A stretch of DNA of 63,984 nucleotides, filler included, from Thelocarpon superellum (lineage: Eukaryota): the NCBI GenBank assembly GCA_026025795.1. It is 3 parts of 3 records of this genome, joined end to end, with 100 filler letters (N's around TTAATTAATTAA, not from the genome) between each part and the next. Parts side by side here need not be neighbours in the genome. Positions count along the whole stretch, not along the records: positions 43,164 to 63,984 come from JAPEUG010000317.1; 2 more parts are not named here. One strand, 5' to 3'. The notes under the pieces were generated by a model that did not search any database, was not told the DNA's origin, and saw nothing but the letters and a program-made list of their open reading frames with translations. Every line of letters starts with the position of its first letter. Position 1 is the first letter of the stretch. Made by a program: the position numbers and the translations under genes. Below, piece by piece: positions 46,810-61,762 of the stretch.

Positions 46810-48123
46810 TCACCATGTCTTGGCGGTGGCCGGGAGTGATGCAGTCGGAACCTCCGTGCGTGACGCACCGTGACGGTGAAAGACTTCATCGATGAGCTTC
46901 TTGGGAGCGACGTAGTCTTTGAGCGGGATCACCAGTTGCACCGATCGCTTGCTGTGGAAGCGGCATTTGATCGTATCGTCCACCAACGCCATGAGTCCGG
47001 TGGCGACGATGGTGTCGGCAACGTCGCTCGCCTCGTTCAGCATGTCGGGGTCACTGATCCATAGGGAGCACGGAGGAATCCAGCCGCCCTGGGTACGTTC
47101 CGCCTGTGTCTCGGCGGTCGACAACGGAACCGGCGTGATGTACGCCACGACCCGGCCGTTGTCCTTGACAAGATGGAAGGAGACTTCGCGGCCGTTCGGG
47201 CTCTTGCGAACCGTGCGTTTCCAATTGTACGTGGAGCCCCAGTAATCAAACTCGTATCGCTTCGACGCCTTGACGCCGCGGCGCTTGACGTTGACGTGCG
47301 CATAGTTGGAGAATTCGAGCTGGATCGTTTTCGTCGGCAGGGTCGGGCTGGTCGCTGCTTTGACGGCCGAGAGCGCGTCGTGAGGCTCGTCGGACTCGTC
47401 CCACGACGAGTCGTACCCGCTATCCTGTCGTTGAAGGGCTTTGGTCGTGGAATCCTTGTTCTCGTGCTTACCGAGCATACTCGCGATGGCATGGCTGACC
47501 GATCGTTGGAGCGACGGTCGTCGTGGCGCCGAGGAGGTGCGGTACTTCCGAGCGGAATGACAGACCTCGCGGCCCGAGTCCCGACAGTAGCGACGCAAAG
47601 AAAAGTCACGGTTCTTGAGATCGTACATCCGGAGATGGAACAAGGTCAGGTCGACTTGACGGCCCGCCGTCGTCGTGACCTCGGTATCGACGCGCAGGTT
47701 CATATTGCCATCAACCGTGGTATCGTCATGCCGGATGTACAGCCTCCGGGTGGAGGGAAAGAGCTCGCCGAACTCAGGAGGAGAGGAAGGGATCACGTCG
47801 GCAGGGAAGACATCCCGTGCCATCTCCGGCACCTCATATTCCGGCGCGATGTCGCCCGCCTCATCCTCCGACGGCTGGGTCGAGGCGTAGGTCTCCGAGG
47901 AGGCCCGGAAGTCGAGGGTACATCCTGGCGACGTGAGCGGGTCGTAGTATTCCTCTGCTTCTGGTGTTGACTGGGCATAACCCAAAAAAGCGACGGACGG
48001 TCCAGAGCCGAATGACGTAGGGACCGAGCTCGGGGGGGAGTCGTGGGAAGCGTCGGAATAGCTCCGAGAGTCGAAACTGAGGTGACTCTCGCGCGAGTTG
48101 CAATATGCAAAACCGGGTGACAT
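46810..48123 (-). CDS. Conserved fungal hypothetical protein (437 aa)
   Basis: Intact ORF with conserved-looking blocks LFPSTRRLYIRHDDTTVDGNMNLRVDT, LFHLRMYDLKNRDFSLRRYCRDSGREVCHS, LEFSNYAHV and GGWIPPCSLWISD. Confidence 0.8.
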   Translation of the reverse strand: MSPGFAYCNSRESHLSFDSRSYSDASHDSPPSSVPTSFGSGPSVAFLGYAQSTPEAEEYYDPLTSPGCTLDFRASSETYASTQPSEDEAGDIAPEYEVPEMARDVFPADVIPSSPPEFGELFPSTRRLYIRHDDTTVDGNMNLRVDTEVTTTAGRQVDLTLFHLRMYDLKNRDFSLRRYCRDSGREVCHSARKYRTSSAPRRPSLQRSVSHAIASMLGKHENKDSTTKALQRQDSGYDSSWDESDEPHDALSAVKAATSPTLPTKTIQLEFSNYAHVNVKRRGVKASKRYEFDYWGSTYNWKRTVRKSPNGREVSFHLVKDNGRVVAYITPVPLSTAETQAERTQGGWIPPCSLWISDPDMLNEASDVADTIVATGLMALVDDTIKCRFHSKRSVQLVIPLKDYVAPKKLIDEVFHRHGASRTEVPTASLPATAKTW

Positions 48124-49822
48124 GATAAAGGTCTGCGAGCCTCAACCGACGTCGCGTGAAGATGAACTATCGTATCGAGAGGTAGGCCATGTCGGACGAG
48201 GAGATCACATACGGTAGAAAGAGGCCGAGATGGGAGAGGGAGGTGAAGAGTGGACGTAGGTGGAGGAGAAGGGGGTGCGATGATGAAGATGATGGCAATG
48301 AGGTGGCGGATTGTCTTTGTATCCATGTGGGCTGTGGACGAGGGGCGTGGGCGGGCACGAGTCATTGGGCCAGATGTTCAGCCAGGATGCGGTTGTCGGT
48401 CAAAACGGGATCATGATTGGTCCTGGGACGTGACTAGTTGGGCAGCTGGCTTAGACCAGCGAGGGTATGCCTAGGTTTGCGAAGCGCCCAGCCTCGCTCC
48501 TTTGCTCCGTCGGTCCACTACCTCGACGGGGGTGCCGCGGTCGCTCGGTCTTGGCACCCTTGCGTCGTTCTCGCCTGTCCTCCGTCCTCATAGAATCTCC
48601 TCGTAGCGTCGACCACGTCGCCGATCGGTGGCCGGTGTGGTCGGCTGCCTATCGTTGGCGCCCGTCCCACCCCGCCTCGCACCGGCAACCCTTGCGTGGG
48701 CGTGCGTCGCGTATCGTTCAGGGCCGACCGGTTCCTTTCACCTCGGCCGACCGAGACCCTGGCAGCGACGCAGTCGCCTCACCCAGTACGTATGCATCGT
48801 CTCCGGAGGACCACGTCTGCGACGATCTGGACCTGCAACGTAGCGAGTGGCCCGTCCAGGTCGGTGGAAGTGGGGTGCGCCGCGCCCGATGGCGGTGGCC
48901 ACTTCCTCTGTCGCGCGTGCGTAAGCGGGGTTTGGTCACTGCTTGATCACTCGTCATCTGCCTGCATGCGCATCGACGCTGCAGCGGCCAAGTCGAGCTT
49001 GGCTGGGCACATGGAGGGGCACGGAGGGGAAGAAGAGGGTGTGGAGGCAGTCAGCCTGGGCCGCCGACTTTGCCGCCCGCCCACGTCTTTAGCCTCGTCA
49101 AACGATTTTTCCGTTCGAACTGGATCACCGCCGGCGTGTGGACGTTATCCCTCGCCTCGCTTGTCGCACTGCTCTCCCCTCCGACCCACACCCCACCCTT
49201 GCGCCATCGCCCTCGACGGGTATTGGGCGCCTGAGACGTCACAGACCGTTCCGTCTGCCCCCAGTGGATGTTGTACCTTTGCCAGTCGTTGACGGTCTGC
49301 AAAGTTTTCCTCGAGTCGTAAAGAGCCGTTCAAGTCGGGTATACCAAACGCAAGGCTGCCACGATTCCGATATCCGTAATATACCTCGCGTCATGGTTCT
49401 CGCATCGAGGAGCTGTGCCCGAGTGGGGAGCGGTCAGGTCAGGGGCACGTTCTGCACAGGGCCTCGTAACGAGACGAGGCACCTAAGTCCCACTTGACCG
49501 TGGGCAGGAGTACTTTCAGCACCATGTCTTCGTCTCCAGATTGCGATTCGTTCACAGCTCCACGTGCGTGCAGACGCCCAGCTGAGAATTTGGGGTATCC
49601 TCAAGGTGTCACCCATCATGGACAAATGATGATGACGTTGTGATGGGCAGATCGAACGTACTACTTTTTCCTTTGAGGATGTCCTGGACAGCGAGCCATA
49701 ATTATTGTTCCCTACCTTACTGGATGCAGCCTTTGGAGTGAGGGTTTGTCAGGAAGTTTGTCACGCCTCAAGAACAACAGTGTGGCAATAGTCCACAGCC
49801 GCCACCAAGACCATCTGGAACG

Positions 49823-50842
49823 ATGTTGTTCTCGTATCATAGCCATTCTGGGCAATTCTGCGACCATGCTGAGAACACCCTCGAGCAGATGGTGCAGGCG
49901 GCCATCGCCAAGAACATGCACATCCTGGCCTTGACCGAGCACGTCCCACGAGATCGCCACGAGGATCTTTATCCGCAAGAAGTGGGGCCTACGGCAGATG
50001 ACCGAGGGCACGCAAACGCTGAACTGACGGTAGGAAAAAACGCCAGAGCAACTCTTCTCCACCTTTGGTGCCTATCACGTCGAAGCGGCACGGCTGAAGA
50101 AGAAATATGCGGCCCAGATCACCTTGCTCATCGGCTTCGAGACGGAATGGATCCGCGATGAGTCGCGACTGATTGTGGAAAATCTGCAGGACCAGTATCC
50201 ATTTGACGTCTTTGTTGGATCCATTCACCATGCCGACTCCGTCCCGATCGACTTTAGCAAAGAGTTGTTTGAAGAGGCTCGCGATCGCGCTGGAGGCACG
50301 GAGAAGCATCTCTTCGAGACATATTTTGATGATCAGTACGAGATGTTGACGGCCTTGCAGCCGCCCATCGTCGGCCACTTTGATCTTCCCCGTCTGTACA
50401 GCGACGAGCCGGATGGCAGCTTCCGGCGCTGGCCCACGGTGTGGGAAAAGATCTGTCGCAATCTGCGCTTCATCACAGAATATGGTGGCATCGTCGAGTT
50501 GAACTCCTCTAGCCTGCGCAAAGGCATGAAGGAGCCATATCCCGGACTGGAAATCTGTCGGGTAAGCCCTTGATGGATCACGAGGCATGCACAGAACCTC
50601 CGAGGCTGACTCTGGACCAGGAACATCTCCGAAATGGTGGTCGATTTACCTTGTCCGACGATAGCCATGCGGTCGCCCACGTCGCCGCCAACTATGATCG
50701 AGTCTTCCAATTCATGAAGACGGCCGGTGTCTCCACCGTGCACTACCTCGATATTGCGAAGGGAGCCCCCACCGAAGGAACGACGAACGTTGAGGTGCGG
50801 TCCATCAGCATTCACGATCTTCAAGTACCTAGCACGTCCTGA
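49823..50842 (+). CDS. HIS2: Histidinol-phosphatase (PHP family), 3 exons
   Basis: SYHSHSGQFCDHA, ALTEHVPR, IGFETEWI, VGSIHH, VGHFDL, ELNSSSLRKG and FTLSDDSH motifs. Confidence 0.93.
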
Positions 50843-51918
50843 GATGGAGCCAGAGCCAGAGCCGGCACCAAGGAGGCTTACGGCTCTTGCCACGTACAAT
50901 CGATCTACCCAGAATGCTATTCCTAATACTCCCCAGCTACTCCTAGAAGCTTAACTGATGGAGATGTGACAATTGAGCGCGCTCCCGCGACGACCAGACC
51001 AAGGTGGCGTGCGTGTACGAGCACTGCCCATGCACGTTGGAGATATAGGTCAACGCCAATGCATGGCTTGACCGAGAGAGCCACCATCATGGGGGTGCAT
51101 CATGACGATCGCTGCATGGAATTCGAGGGACGACGCAAGTAGGTGGAACGGCCTTCCACGTCCCATACGTGCAGAGGTAGAGGCCAGTAGCATTTCGCGG
51201 TTGGGTGCGGCACCGCATGCACGTCGAGCTGGTGTGTCCGTTCGTGGACTAGCGCAGACGCTCGGACCTATCAGTACGTCATTCTTCGGCCGACTCCTTG
51301 GCCCTTATCCTCTTCCCTGTCAGGATGATGGGTCGCAGTCGACTCGGTTCCAAGAGTGAGGCCGTCCATCTCCTCCGGGAGTGGGAGCCAGGAGACTCTA
51401 CCTGAAAGGAACCATAGCTTCTCCCGGAGACGGGATAGCCATAGCATCTCCACATATAGCATCCTCACACCATCTTCAACCCCCCCATGGATGGCTATCC
51501 TGCCACGATGATGCTGAACCAGTCCGCCAGTACTCGTCCTCGTACCTGTCTTCTGTACAAGGCACTCAGTTATGATTGAAACTACTGCGACCTCGGGTGA
51601 CGTCAAGGCACCACCGGCCGAGCCGTTGTCCCCGCGCCCGCCGCCCATGCTACCACCGCTCCGTGAGCTGATCGGCATGGGACAGTGGGAACCAGGATGG
51701 CGTTTGCTGGCACGGTTGGGGTTCCTGCGTGCCCCGTCCGTGCATGGCGCGCGCTGCCGGTGTGGTGGAGCCTCGTCGTCGATGTATTTATCGTACATGC
51801 ATGTCCGCTCTGTTTTCGCAGAATCATCCCGGTTCCGTGCCCAGTTCCACCCTCCTGATCAGGAGCCCCGGCGAAGTCGACGTAGGCCCTGTGAATTCTG
51901 TTCTTGTCCGCTGGTACC

Positions 51919-53451
51919 ATGAGTGAGGCGGAAAACGGATCCGGGCCTGGCACTCTGCCGCCCACACCTCTTTTTTACTCCGTGCTCGCCGCCTTCATCG
52001 CCGTCGCCTTTTACAATGTCATCGAGATCAACGTGCAGGTGTTCAACATCTTCAAGAAATGGGGTGGCCTGTACTTTTGGGCCATTCTCGTCGCGTCATG
52101 GGGCTGCGTCCTCCTCTCCGTGGGCAACATCGCGCTGAAACTCTTCACACCTGGTGTCGGCTTCGGTGTGTCCGGTACGATGATCCTCTTTGGCTGGTGG
52201 ATGGTCGTGCTGGGGCAGGCATGCGTGCTGTACTCGCGTCTTCACCTCGTCATCCGCAGCCAGTGGATCATGCGCCTCGTGCCGGTGATGATTGCCCTGA
52301 TCTTCTTTGGCCTCTGCCTCCCGACGTCTGTGGCGACATACGGGATGATGTCGGATAAGACGGATTACTGGCTCCCCCGCTTCAACATCTTGGAGCGGGT
52401 GCAGCTGGTCTGCATCGAATTGGAGGAGATGATCATCTCGGGCCTGTACATCTGGGCGACGGTGAAGATCCTGCGGCCAAGCTTCAACGTGCGCACGAAG
52501 CGCGTCATGTGGTCGCTGATCTACGTCAACATCTTCGTCGCGGGACTGGACATGATCATGATCGTCATGGAGTTTGTCAACTACTACGACCTCGAGGCCT
52601 CGCTGAAGCCGATGCTGTACTCCATCAAGCTCAAGGTCGAGTTCGCCGTGCTGAACCAGCTGATGGCCATCGCCAAGAGCGGTCTCGCCAGCGGCGGCTA
52701 CCAGGACTACGACACCGCGCACCCGGACGCCTTCAACGACAAGACCACCGCCAAGGGTCTGTGGTCCACGCAGTCCGAGTCCAGGTGGACCCGCCACCTT
52801 CCCCACCGCCATGACCACCACCGATCCACCGAGACCAACACCTCCGACGGCGGCCTCAGTCGAGCCGACACCGGCCCGGGCGACTCCCGCCAGCACCTGG
52901 CCGCGAGCATGGAGCTCCCCATCATGACCACCGCAAACCCCAACACCCATCCGAGTACCAACGGCCTCGAGTCCCGCAGCGCCGGGGGGATCCGACCTCG
53001 AGCACGTGAAGAGCGCGGGGGAGTCCTTCCTGCACCACGACCGCCAGCCCCGGCCAAGATGCGATCGTCTCAATCCGGAGATAGCGACACCTTGACGGAA
53101 CACAGCTGGCTGGAGCTGGACAGCCAGCACCCGACCCCAGGCGCCGAGGACGCGTCGGCGCGTGTGTCACCGCCACCGCCACCACCACCACCACCGCCGC
53201 CGCACATGGCCACCGCGGCCGAAGGCACGCGCCAAAAAGACTGGGATCCGTCGCGGCGACCACACGAGAAACAATCCAGCTACGATGCCCGCGCGCAGTC
53301 TGCCAACCGACCGGGTCTGATGGGCGGCCGACGCCGGAAGAGCGTCACGGAGTTTGGGATGGGCGATGCGCTGGATGAAGTTGCCGATGACGAGGTGGGC
53401 CTGTCGCTGTTTCGAGACACTTTACAAGATTCACGCGGGCCTGTTCCGTGA
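51919..53451 (+). CDS. Multi-pass (about 7 TM) fungal integral membrane protein with disordered C-terminal tail
   Basis: Hydrophobic helices with GLYFWAILVASWG, GQACVLYSRLHLV, EMIISGLYIW and YSIKLKVEFAVLNQL. First ATG at 51919. Confidence 0.85.
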   Translation: MSEAENGSGPGTLPPTPLFYSVLAAFIAVAFYNVIEINVQVFNIFKKWGGLYFWAILVASWGCVLLSVGNIALKLFTPGVGFGVSGTMILFGWWMVVLGQACVLYSRLHLVIRSQWIMRLVPVMIALIFFGLCLPTSVATYGMMSDKTDYWLPRFNILERVQLVCIELEEMIISGLYIWATVKILRPSFNVRTKRVMWSLIYVNIFVAGLDMIMIVMEFVNYYDLEASLKPMLYSIKLKVEFAVLNQLMAIAKSGLASGGYQDYDTAHPDAFNDKTTAKGLWSTQSESRWTRHLPHRHDHHRSTETNTSDGGLSRADTGPGDSRQHLAASMELPIMTTANPNTHPSTNGLESRSAGGIRPRAREERGGVLPAPRPPAPAKMRSSQSGDSDTLTEHSWLELDSQHPTPGAEDASARVSPPPPPPPPPPPHMATAAEGTRQKDWDPSRRPHEKQSSYDARAQSANRPGLMGGRRRKSVTEFGMGDALDEVADDEVGLSLFRDTLQDSRGPVP

Positions 53452-53755
53452 GGTTTCATCTGTCCTTGCTTTCTTGATGAAATACACGGCACTGTTATGT
53501 CAAACATTTGGGCGTGAATCGGGTTTCATTGGGTGGATACAAGGAAGGACGGGAAGGGACGTGGGTACAAGGAAGGACGGGAAGGCAGGAAGGATAGAAA
53601 GATGCTGCGAAAGGTTGAAATTTTTCTATTCTTGGGGTACGGCTATTGTACTACGAGCATCCGTTGTACTGTAGCACACATCCATCACGGTCCGTTTCAT
53701 CCATTCCCATTCTTCTGCGTGCCCTCGTTCCCGTCATCGTAGTGGACGGGAGCCC

Positions 53756-55375
<1,620 letters not shown>

Positions 55376-55635
55376 TCACGAGAAGATTCTGCCGACTGTT
55401 CAAGGAACGGACCGAGGTCACAGCTCTGGAATGGTCACGGTCGAGTCGGGACCTTACGTCCCGCACGTGAGCGCGGGGGCCCGGGGCTGCTCCCGACGCT
55501 GACGTTGATGTTCACATGCAGATCCCCGGACTTCGGCTGGCCCCGCGACCCTCCCCCGAGGTGCTGGGGGCGCTCCAAGCTACTTCACACACGACACAGG
55601 TTTCTTGTCTACATCATCCCGGGAGCCACCCCCTT

Positions 55636-56832
55636 CTAGATGAACAGATCATACACCACGAGAAAGATACTGAAGGCACATGAGCCATAGAAGACATATT
55701 TGGCCGTGCTGGCTCTCTCGGCTGCCTTCTTCAGCTGCTTGTTCCCCCCCCCCACATTCTCCGTCGTGTGGAGCGAGTCGGCCACCATTTGGTCAATGTG
55801 CGCCGATTGGGTCGCGAGGTTGTTGGCGAGCACCGTCTGCAATTCCGAGATCTCGACGAGCGACCGCTCCGCCGTCCTGCGTCGGATTAGCTGGTCGTCG
55901 TGTGCATCCAGGTCTCGGATCTTACCGGACTTGGTCCAGCGTATCCTCGTAGTGCTTAAGCATGTCCTGGTTCTCTTTGGCAAAGAGCTGTAGCTGCTCC
56001 GGACTCAGCTGATGCTCGATCTGATGCTGCTCGACTTCGTCCATGTGGGCTCCACGAGCATTGACGAGTGGTCGGTGGACGCCGTCGACCGGGCCCACGT
56101 CAGCGAATGGGCTACCGTCACTGTGCCCTGCTGTGGCACCATGGGTCTTGTAGAGTACGCTCTTGCTCTTCTCCACCTCACGGATCAATCTCGTCTCCAT
56201 CATCGACCAGTGTACCTCGCCGCATGCTTCCAGCTTTCGTCGTAGATACCAGAGCACGCTTTCGCGATGCATGTTGATCGCGCTGGTTCGCGCTTCTTCT
56301 GCCTGTTCATCCGCCGTCTTCTCCAGTCCCGCCGAGCCTGCTGCCCACCGGCCCAGGGCCCCCAGTCCATTCGCCGCCTGTTTTCGCTGGGCGAGGCTGG
56401 CTTCCGTGTCCTGACGTAACTTCTCGGCATCGGCAAGATTTCGAATGGAGTTGTTGAGCTCTCGTAAGAGCCGTTTAGACTCGGCATCGATCTGATCGCG
56501 CTGGGCGTTGGTCAGATATTTGCGATCCGGCTCCTGGGGTGCGAGGGATTTGGAGGAGTCGCTCCGCGTGAGGTGAGTCCGTCGTGGCGGCAGGGACGCC
56601 GAGAGGTAGGAGGCACGGATGGAGCGAAGATAGCCATGGAGGGACGACACATGGGCGTTCTGTCGTGCGTAAGCAATCGCACAGGTCGATCATGGCTTTG
56701 GAGGAATCCCACTATTCGATAGGCCTCTTTCAGGAACTCCTCTCGCGGCGGAAGTGCTTTCTTCGGTCGCGGGATCGAGGTCGCGTGATGGTGGCGAAGG
56801 AATCCGTTGAGTATGTCGGTGACGTCCGCCAT
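55636..56832 (-). CDS. UFE1: ER t-SNARE syntaxin 18/Ufe1, 3 exons
   Basis: EEFLKEAYRI, RDQIDAESK, QLFAKENQDMLKHYEDTLDQV, SNARE motif AERSLVEISELQ...NVGGGNKQLKKA, and a C-terminal TM anchor. Confidence 0.88.
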
Positions 56833-57386
56833 GGTCTCTGCATCATGCGGTGCACAGAACCCAGCGCTGCGATTACGACGCGGAGGAAGCCGTGGTGACG
56901 GCGACGTGTCCGAAGCGCCGTCCTGTCCGAGTACGAAGAGCTTGCGGCATTCGGATCGACGAAGCTTCGGTCAGGCGACGGTCGGTGACCTTCACCGTTT
57001 ACCCTTTCCCGTTTACGCGTGCGACGAGCCGATGTAGGGAGCTCCTCACGCCACGATCCACAACGTGAGCGAGGGAGCTACGAGGGCTTGCACGCTGCAT
57101 GTTCCGAGCTAATTGGGCGACTTACCATGGGCGCGTCTATCATTACCTGGTGAGTCATGCACAGAGGCAAACTTGAGCCTTCCAGCCAGATGCTTTCCAA
57201 TCGACGTCGGGCCCTTGTCCGCCGATTGGTGGATTGAATCGGCCAGGCGACGTCACTTCCCGTGTGATCCGGTCCGCTCGATGCACCAACAACAATCGGG
57301 CTTATTTCCGTATCCCCGATTCACCCGTCTTGAGGTCAAATGCCGTCGCAATTCTACTTTCCTATCTCTCCCATGGCATCTACAAC

Positions 57387-59138
57387 ATGTCTCGCAAAGA
57401 GGAAGGAGATCAGGCCAACGGGCCGCAAGGAATCGACGAGCAAAATCATGAGGCAAGTTCGAGACGCTCGTTTGGTGATGCATCCGCAGAGCTCGCGCCC
57501 TCAGGGGAGAAGTCGACATTGGATCCAGAGTCTTTGACCCAGGTCATCTCCCACGGAGCATATTCTATTTTCAGTCGCGGGGCCAAATCATGGATCGTCG
57601 TCATGGTCGCGATCGCAGGATTCTTCTCCCCACTCTCGGCCAACATCTACTTCCCCGCATTACCGGCGCTGGCCCAGGCGGTCCATGTGTCGAATGCAGA
57701 CATCAACCTGACCCTGACCACCTACCTCATCTTCCAAGGTCTTTCTCCGACGATCTTTGGTGATCTGGGGGATATGGTGGGACGACGGCCCACGTACATC
57801 CTCGGCTTCATCGTCTACATTGGCGCCAATATCGGTCTGGCCCTGCAAACCTCTTATCCGGCCCTGCTCATACTTCGCTGTCTCCAGAGCAGTGGGAGCA
57901 GCGGTACCGTGGCCTTGGGGAGCGGGGTCGTGGCGGATATATCGGTCAGTTCGGAGCGTGGCACGTACCTGGGATGGGCCACGGTGGGCTTTATGGTTGG
58001 ACCCACCCTGGGCCCCGTCATTGGGGGAATCCTCACCCAGTTCTTGGGATGGCGATCCATCTTTTGGTTTCTCGTTATCGCCGCTGGTGCCTTTCTCGCC
58101 CTCTTCCTCGTCACCTTTCCGGAGACGGGTCGCAACGTGGTAGGGAACGGATCGGTGCCGCCCCCACGATGGAATATGTCCTTGCTTAGCTATCTGAGTC
58201 TCCGCTCATCCGACCTGGCTTCACATGAGGCGGGCCGTCAGGCACAAGCTGAATTGGCCAAAACGCGAGAACGACGGATGCCGAATCCACTGAAGGCGCT
58301 ACGCATCATCATCGAGAAGGATGTGGCGATTGTTTTATTCTACAATGCCCTCATCTACACCGAGTTTTACACCATCCTATGTCAGCACCCCCGAGTCTCC
58401 TTTCCTACTTTCACCCTCTGACCAACTCTCTAGCAACGACCCCAAACGAATTCTTAGAGATCTACGGCTTCAACAACCTTCAAATCGGGCTCTGTTATCT
58501 GTATGTCCTCGCTCCTCACTCCCCCTTCTGCCTCTTTTCCCACTTTCCCACCGATGACCAACCACCAAAGACTAACCAAATACAGGCCCTTTGGGATCGG
58601 CTCTGTGATCGGCAGCGTGGTATTTGGACGAGTCATGGACTGGAACTACCGGCGTATAGCGCTCCGGCTCAACTTTCCCATCGACCGCAAGCGGGGCGAC
58701 GACCTCTCGAATTTTCCCATAGAGCGCGCGCGGATCCAAGTAGTCTGGCCACTAGTGGGCCTCACCTCCGCCACGACGCTGTGTTACGGATGGGCGCTCG
58801 AGCGCAACGCGCCGCTCGCCGCGCCGCTGATCTTGCAATTCATCTTCGGCTTTGGCGGGATGGGCATCTTCAACGCCTGCAGCGTGTTGCTGGTCGACCT
58901 GTACCCGTCGCAGCCGGCCACGGCCACGGCCGCGAATAATCTGTGTCGCTGCTCCATGGGCGCCGCGGGCACGGCGGTCATTGCGCAGATGATCACCACC
59001 ATGGGTCGTGGCTGGTGCTTCACTTTCGTCGCGGCCGTGTGTCTCCTTTTCAGTCCCATCTTGCTGCTGTCGACCCGATGGGGGCCGAAATGGAGAGAGG
59101 AAAGGAGAGTCAGGCTCAAGGAGAGGGCGGAGCGTTGA
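57387..59138 (+). CDS. MFS drug:H+ antiporter (DHA1, Qdr-like), 3 exons
   Basis: FFSPLSANIYFPAL, GDLGDMVGRRP, LRCLQSSGSSGTVALG, ERG, GPTLGPVIGG, WRSIFWFL, PETGR, FPIERAR and ATATAANNLCRC. Confidence 0.92.
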
Positions 59139-59253
59139 TTAAATTCTTGATGTCAAAGACGCCCCCCAATGATCACCGTGCATATACATTAATAGAAGCT
59201 ACGTACAAGGAACGTACACGCACGCACGCACGTACGAGGCCAAGCACGGAAAG

Positions 59254-61762
59254 TCAAAGATATAACAAATCACCATGATCGCCACCCGCCACGGCGGGCT
59301 GATAGACCTGCATGGGCTGATTCTGGGACACGACCAACTGGCGCTCGGCCGGGTTACCGATGAGGGTCGGACTGCCGCCGAAGCCGCGCTCGCCCATGCC
59401 CATGCCATCCTGCGCGTCCATGGCGGCGGCGGCGGCCATCTGGGAGCTGCCGACGCCAGCAAAGTAGAGATCGGCGGCGTCGACGGCCGCGGAGAGGTTT
59501 CCCTCGCTCTGGCTGCCGCTACGTTGCGCGAGGTCAGGGAAACTAGCCGAGGGCGAGAGCGAGAGCGAGTCGAAGCCGTTCGTGTGCAGCGGCGGTGGTC
59601 GCGCCGCGGGCGGCGGCCGGAGGGCCGCTTGTCCTTCGAGTCCGAGGCCCGGGAGGGACTTTTGCGCGTCGAGCGCCGCGACGGTGGGGAGCGTGTGCTT
59701 CTGCAGCGCCGGGCTGTCGACGAGACGCCGCGGCCGCGCCATGCGGAAGACCTGCTGCACCGGCTTGAGGTAGACGGTGGCGAGCGTGCCGACGTTGAGA
59801 CACATTTCGTCCAGCGTGGCCGGGTCGAGTTTCTCCGACTCGGCCGTGATGGCCGGCTTGTCGCCCATGATGATCCTCTTCGCCGTCGCGGGATCGGACG
59901 AGAGCAGCCGCCAGTACATGTAGCCGCGGTCGCGCAGGTCCGGATTGTCCGTCTCCTCCGTCGCCCACTTGAGCACTTTGGGGACGATGGCCTGCCCCTT
60001 GGTCGGGCGCTGGATGAACAGCTTGACGCTCGCCGTGAGCAGCGCCAGCTGCACGTCGACAGGCTCGTCGGCAAAGGAGTAGAGGAAGTCGTCGAGCAGC
60101 ACGTCCGCGTTCTCGATCCGGTCGGCGTACTGCCCGATGACCCAGATCATGGCCGCCTTGGCCTCGGGCTCGTCGAGCGAGTCCAGGTTCTCGCAGAGCG
60201 TCGAGATGATGGACTCGTACTGGTTGGGGTACTTGCGGAAGATGTTCCGAATCACCACCGTGGCCTCTTGCACGATGTACGATACCTTGGTCGCCACCAG
60301 GTCCAGCAACGTGCTGATGCACTTGCGTGCCGCCGGTTCGATCTTGATGGCCAACTTGCCAATCGCACGCACCGACTTGCGCACAAAGTGCACGTCAATC
60401 TCCGTCGCGTACTCGCGAAGCTCCGTCAACACCTCTTCGATGTTGTCTTCCGTCGCGAGCATGAAGACGAGTTCTAGCTTCGTCACCTTGACGTAGATCG
60501 GGTCGTTGTACTTGCAGAAGAAGACTCGGATGTCGTTGCGCAACACCTCTGGCCGCCGCTGCAGGATCAAGAGGGCGTTTCGCAGCGCGAGATACTGCAC
60601 CTCGGGCCCTTTGGCCAGGAGCGTGACCAAGGGGGGCGATAGCTTCCGGCACAGCGAGCCAACTTGCTTTTCGTCCGAGATGTAGTTGAGGAGGTAGAGG
60701 ATGACGCGCACGCTCGTGAGCACCACGGCCGAGTTCGAGTGCGAGAGACGGGGAGCGACGCGTTCGGCCAGTAATGCGGCGTCGCCGCTCTCCTGTGGCA
60801 CGTACGACATCAACGCCTCGAGGATGTACGTTTGACCCCATCTTATCCGTCAGCATGTGCTGCATACTTCCGGGCATCGTCCAACTCACTCGGAGCAATC
60901 GGGCAAGATCTGCACCACCTTCGACGCATTGCTGTAGTCGATGGTGAGCTTGATCGTCTCGCTCCGCTCCCAGATGTCCATCAGGCTAGCCAGAGAACTG
61001 GCTACGACGGTGGGGTTGTCATCGCGAAGCATGGCGTTGAGTCGGTCGATCAGATCCGATCCCTCGACCAGTGCTCGATCATGGTCATATAACTTGGCCA
61101 CGCTAAACGTCGCCGTCTTGCGCACGTATGGATCCGGATCCTTGAGCAGCGCCCTTAGGGGCTTGACCGTCGCCTCCACAAAATCTCGCACGTGGATGTA
61201 GGAGATGGTCCGGAGCGCTAGAGCCCGAACGAGTGGGTTGGAGTCGCTCATGTCCTGAAACCATCAGTATTGCCCTCATCGTGGCATCGAATACGTACAT
61301 TGATCAGGAATGGGAGCGCCTTGATCGCCACCTCGGGTTTGAGCCGGGCGTAGTTGACCAAGAAGAGGAAGCACCTGGCGTCCGGTCAGCACGGGCAGAT
61401 GCTTCGCGCGGGGCACCGCCCACATCTTCTTGATCTCTAGGCTCGGAATCTGAATGCAACTGATGATGTCGGGAAACAGTGCCACCATGTCATTGTTGCT
61501 CATCGTCATGTTGGCCACGATCTTCTTGAGTGCAATCTTCTTGGCCGAATGATTCTTGTCCTTCTTGCCGCCGCTGTTGAGCTCGAGCCGCAACTCCGCC
61601 GCTTTGCCCTGGGTGACTCGTTAGTACGGACAGATATGAAAGCCGGAATACGGCGGGGAGATCACGCCGGCAAACATCGTGTTAGGGGCGATGAGGCATA
61701 GAGAAACAATAGAGACATACTCTGGCAAAGAGCTTCGCATCCTGTCCCCCGCTTGCCATCAT
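59254..61762 (-). CDS. APL1: AP-2 adaptor complex beta subunit (beta-adaptin), multi-exon
   Basis: DAKLFAR, KKIALKKIVANMTMSNNDMVALFPD, NPLVRALALRT, DPYVRKTA, FFCKYNDPIYVK, ELREYATEIDVHFVRKSVRAIG and NPDLRDRGYMYWRLLS. No appendage domain, as is usual in fungi. Confidence 0.9.
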
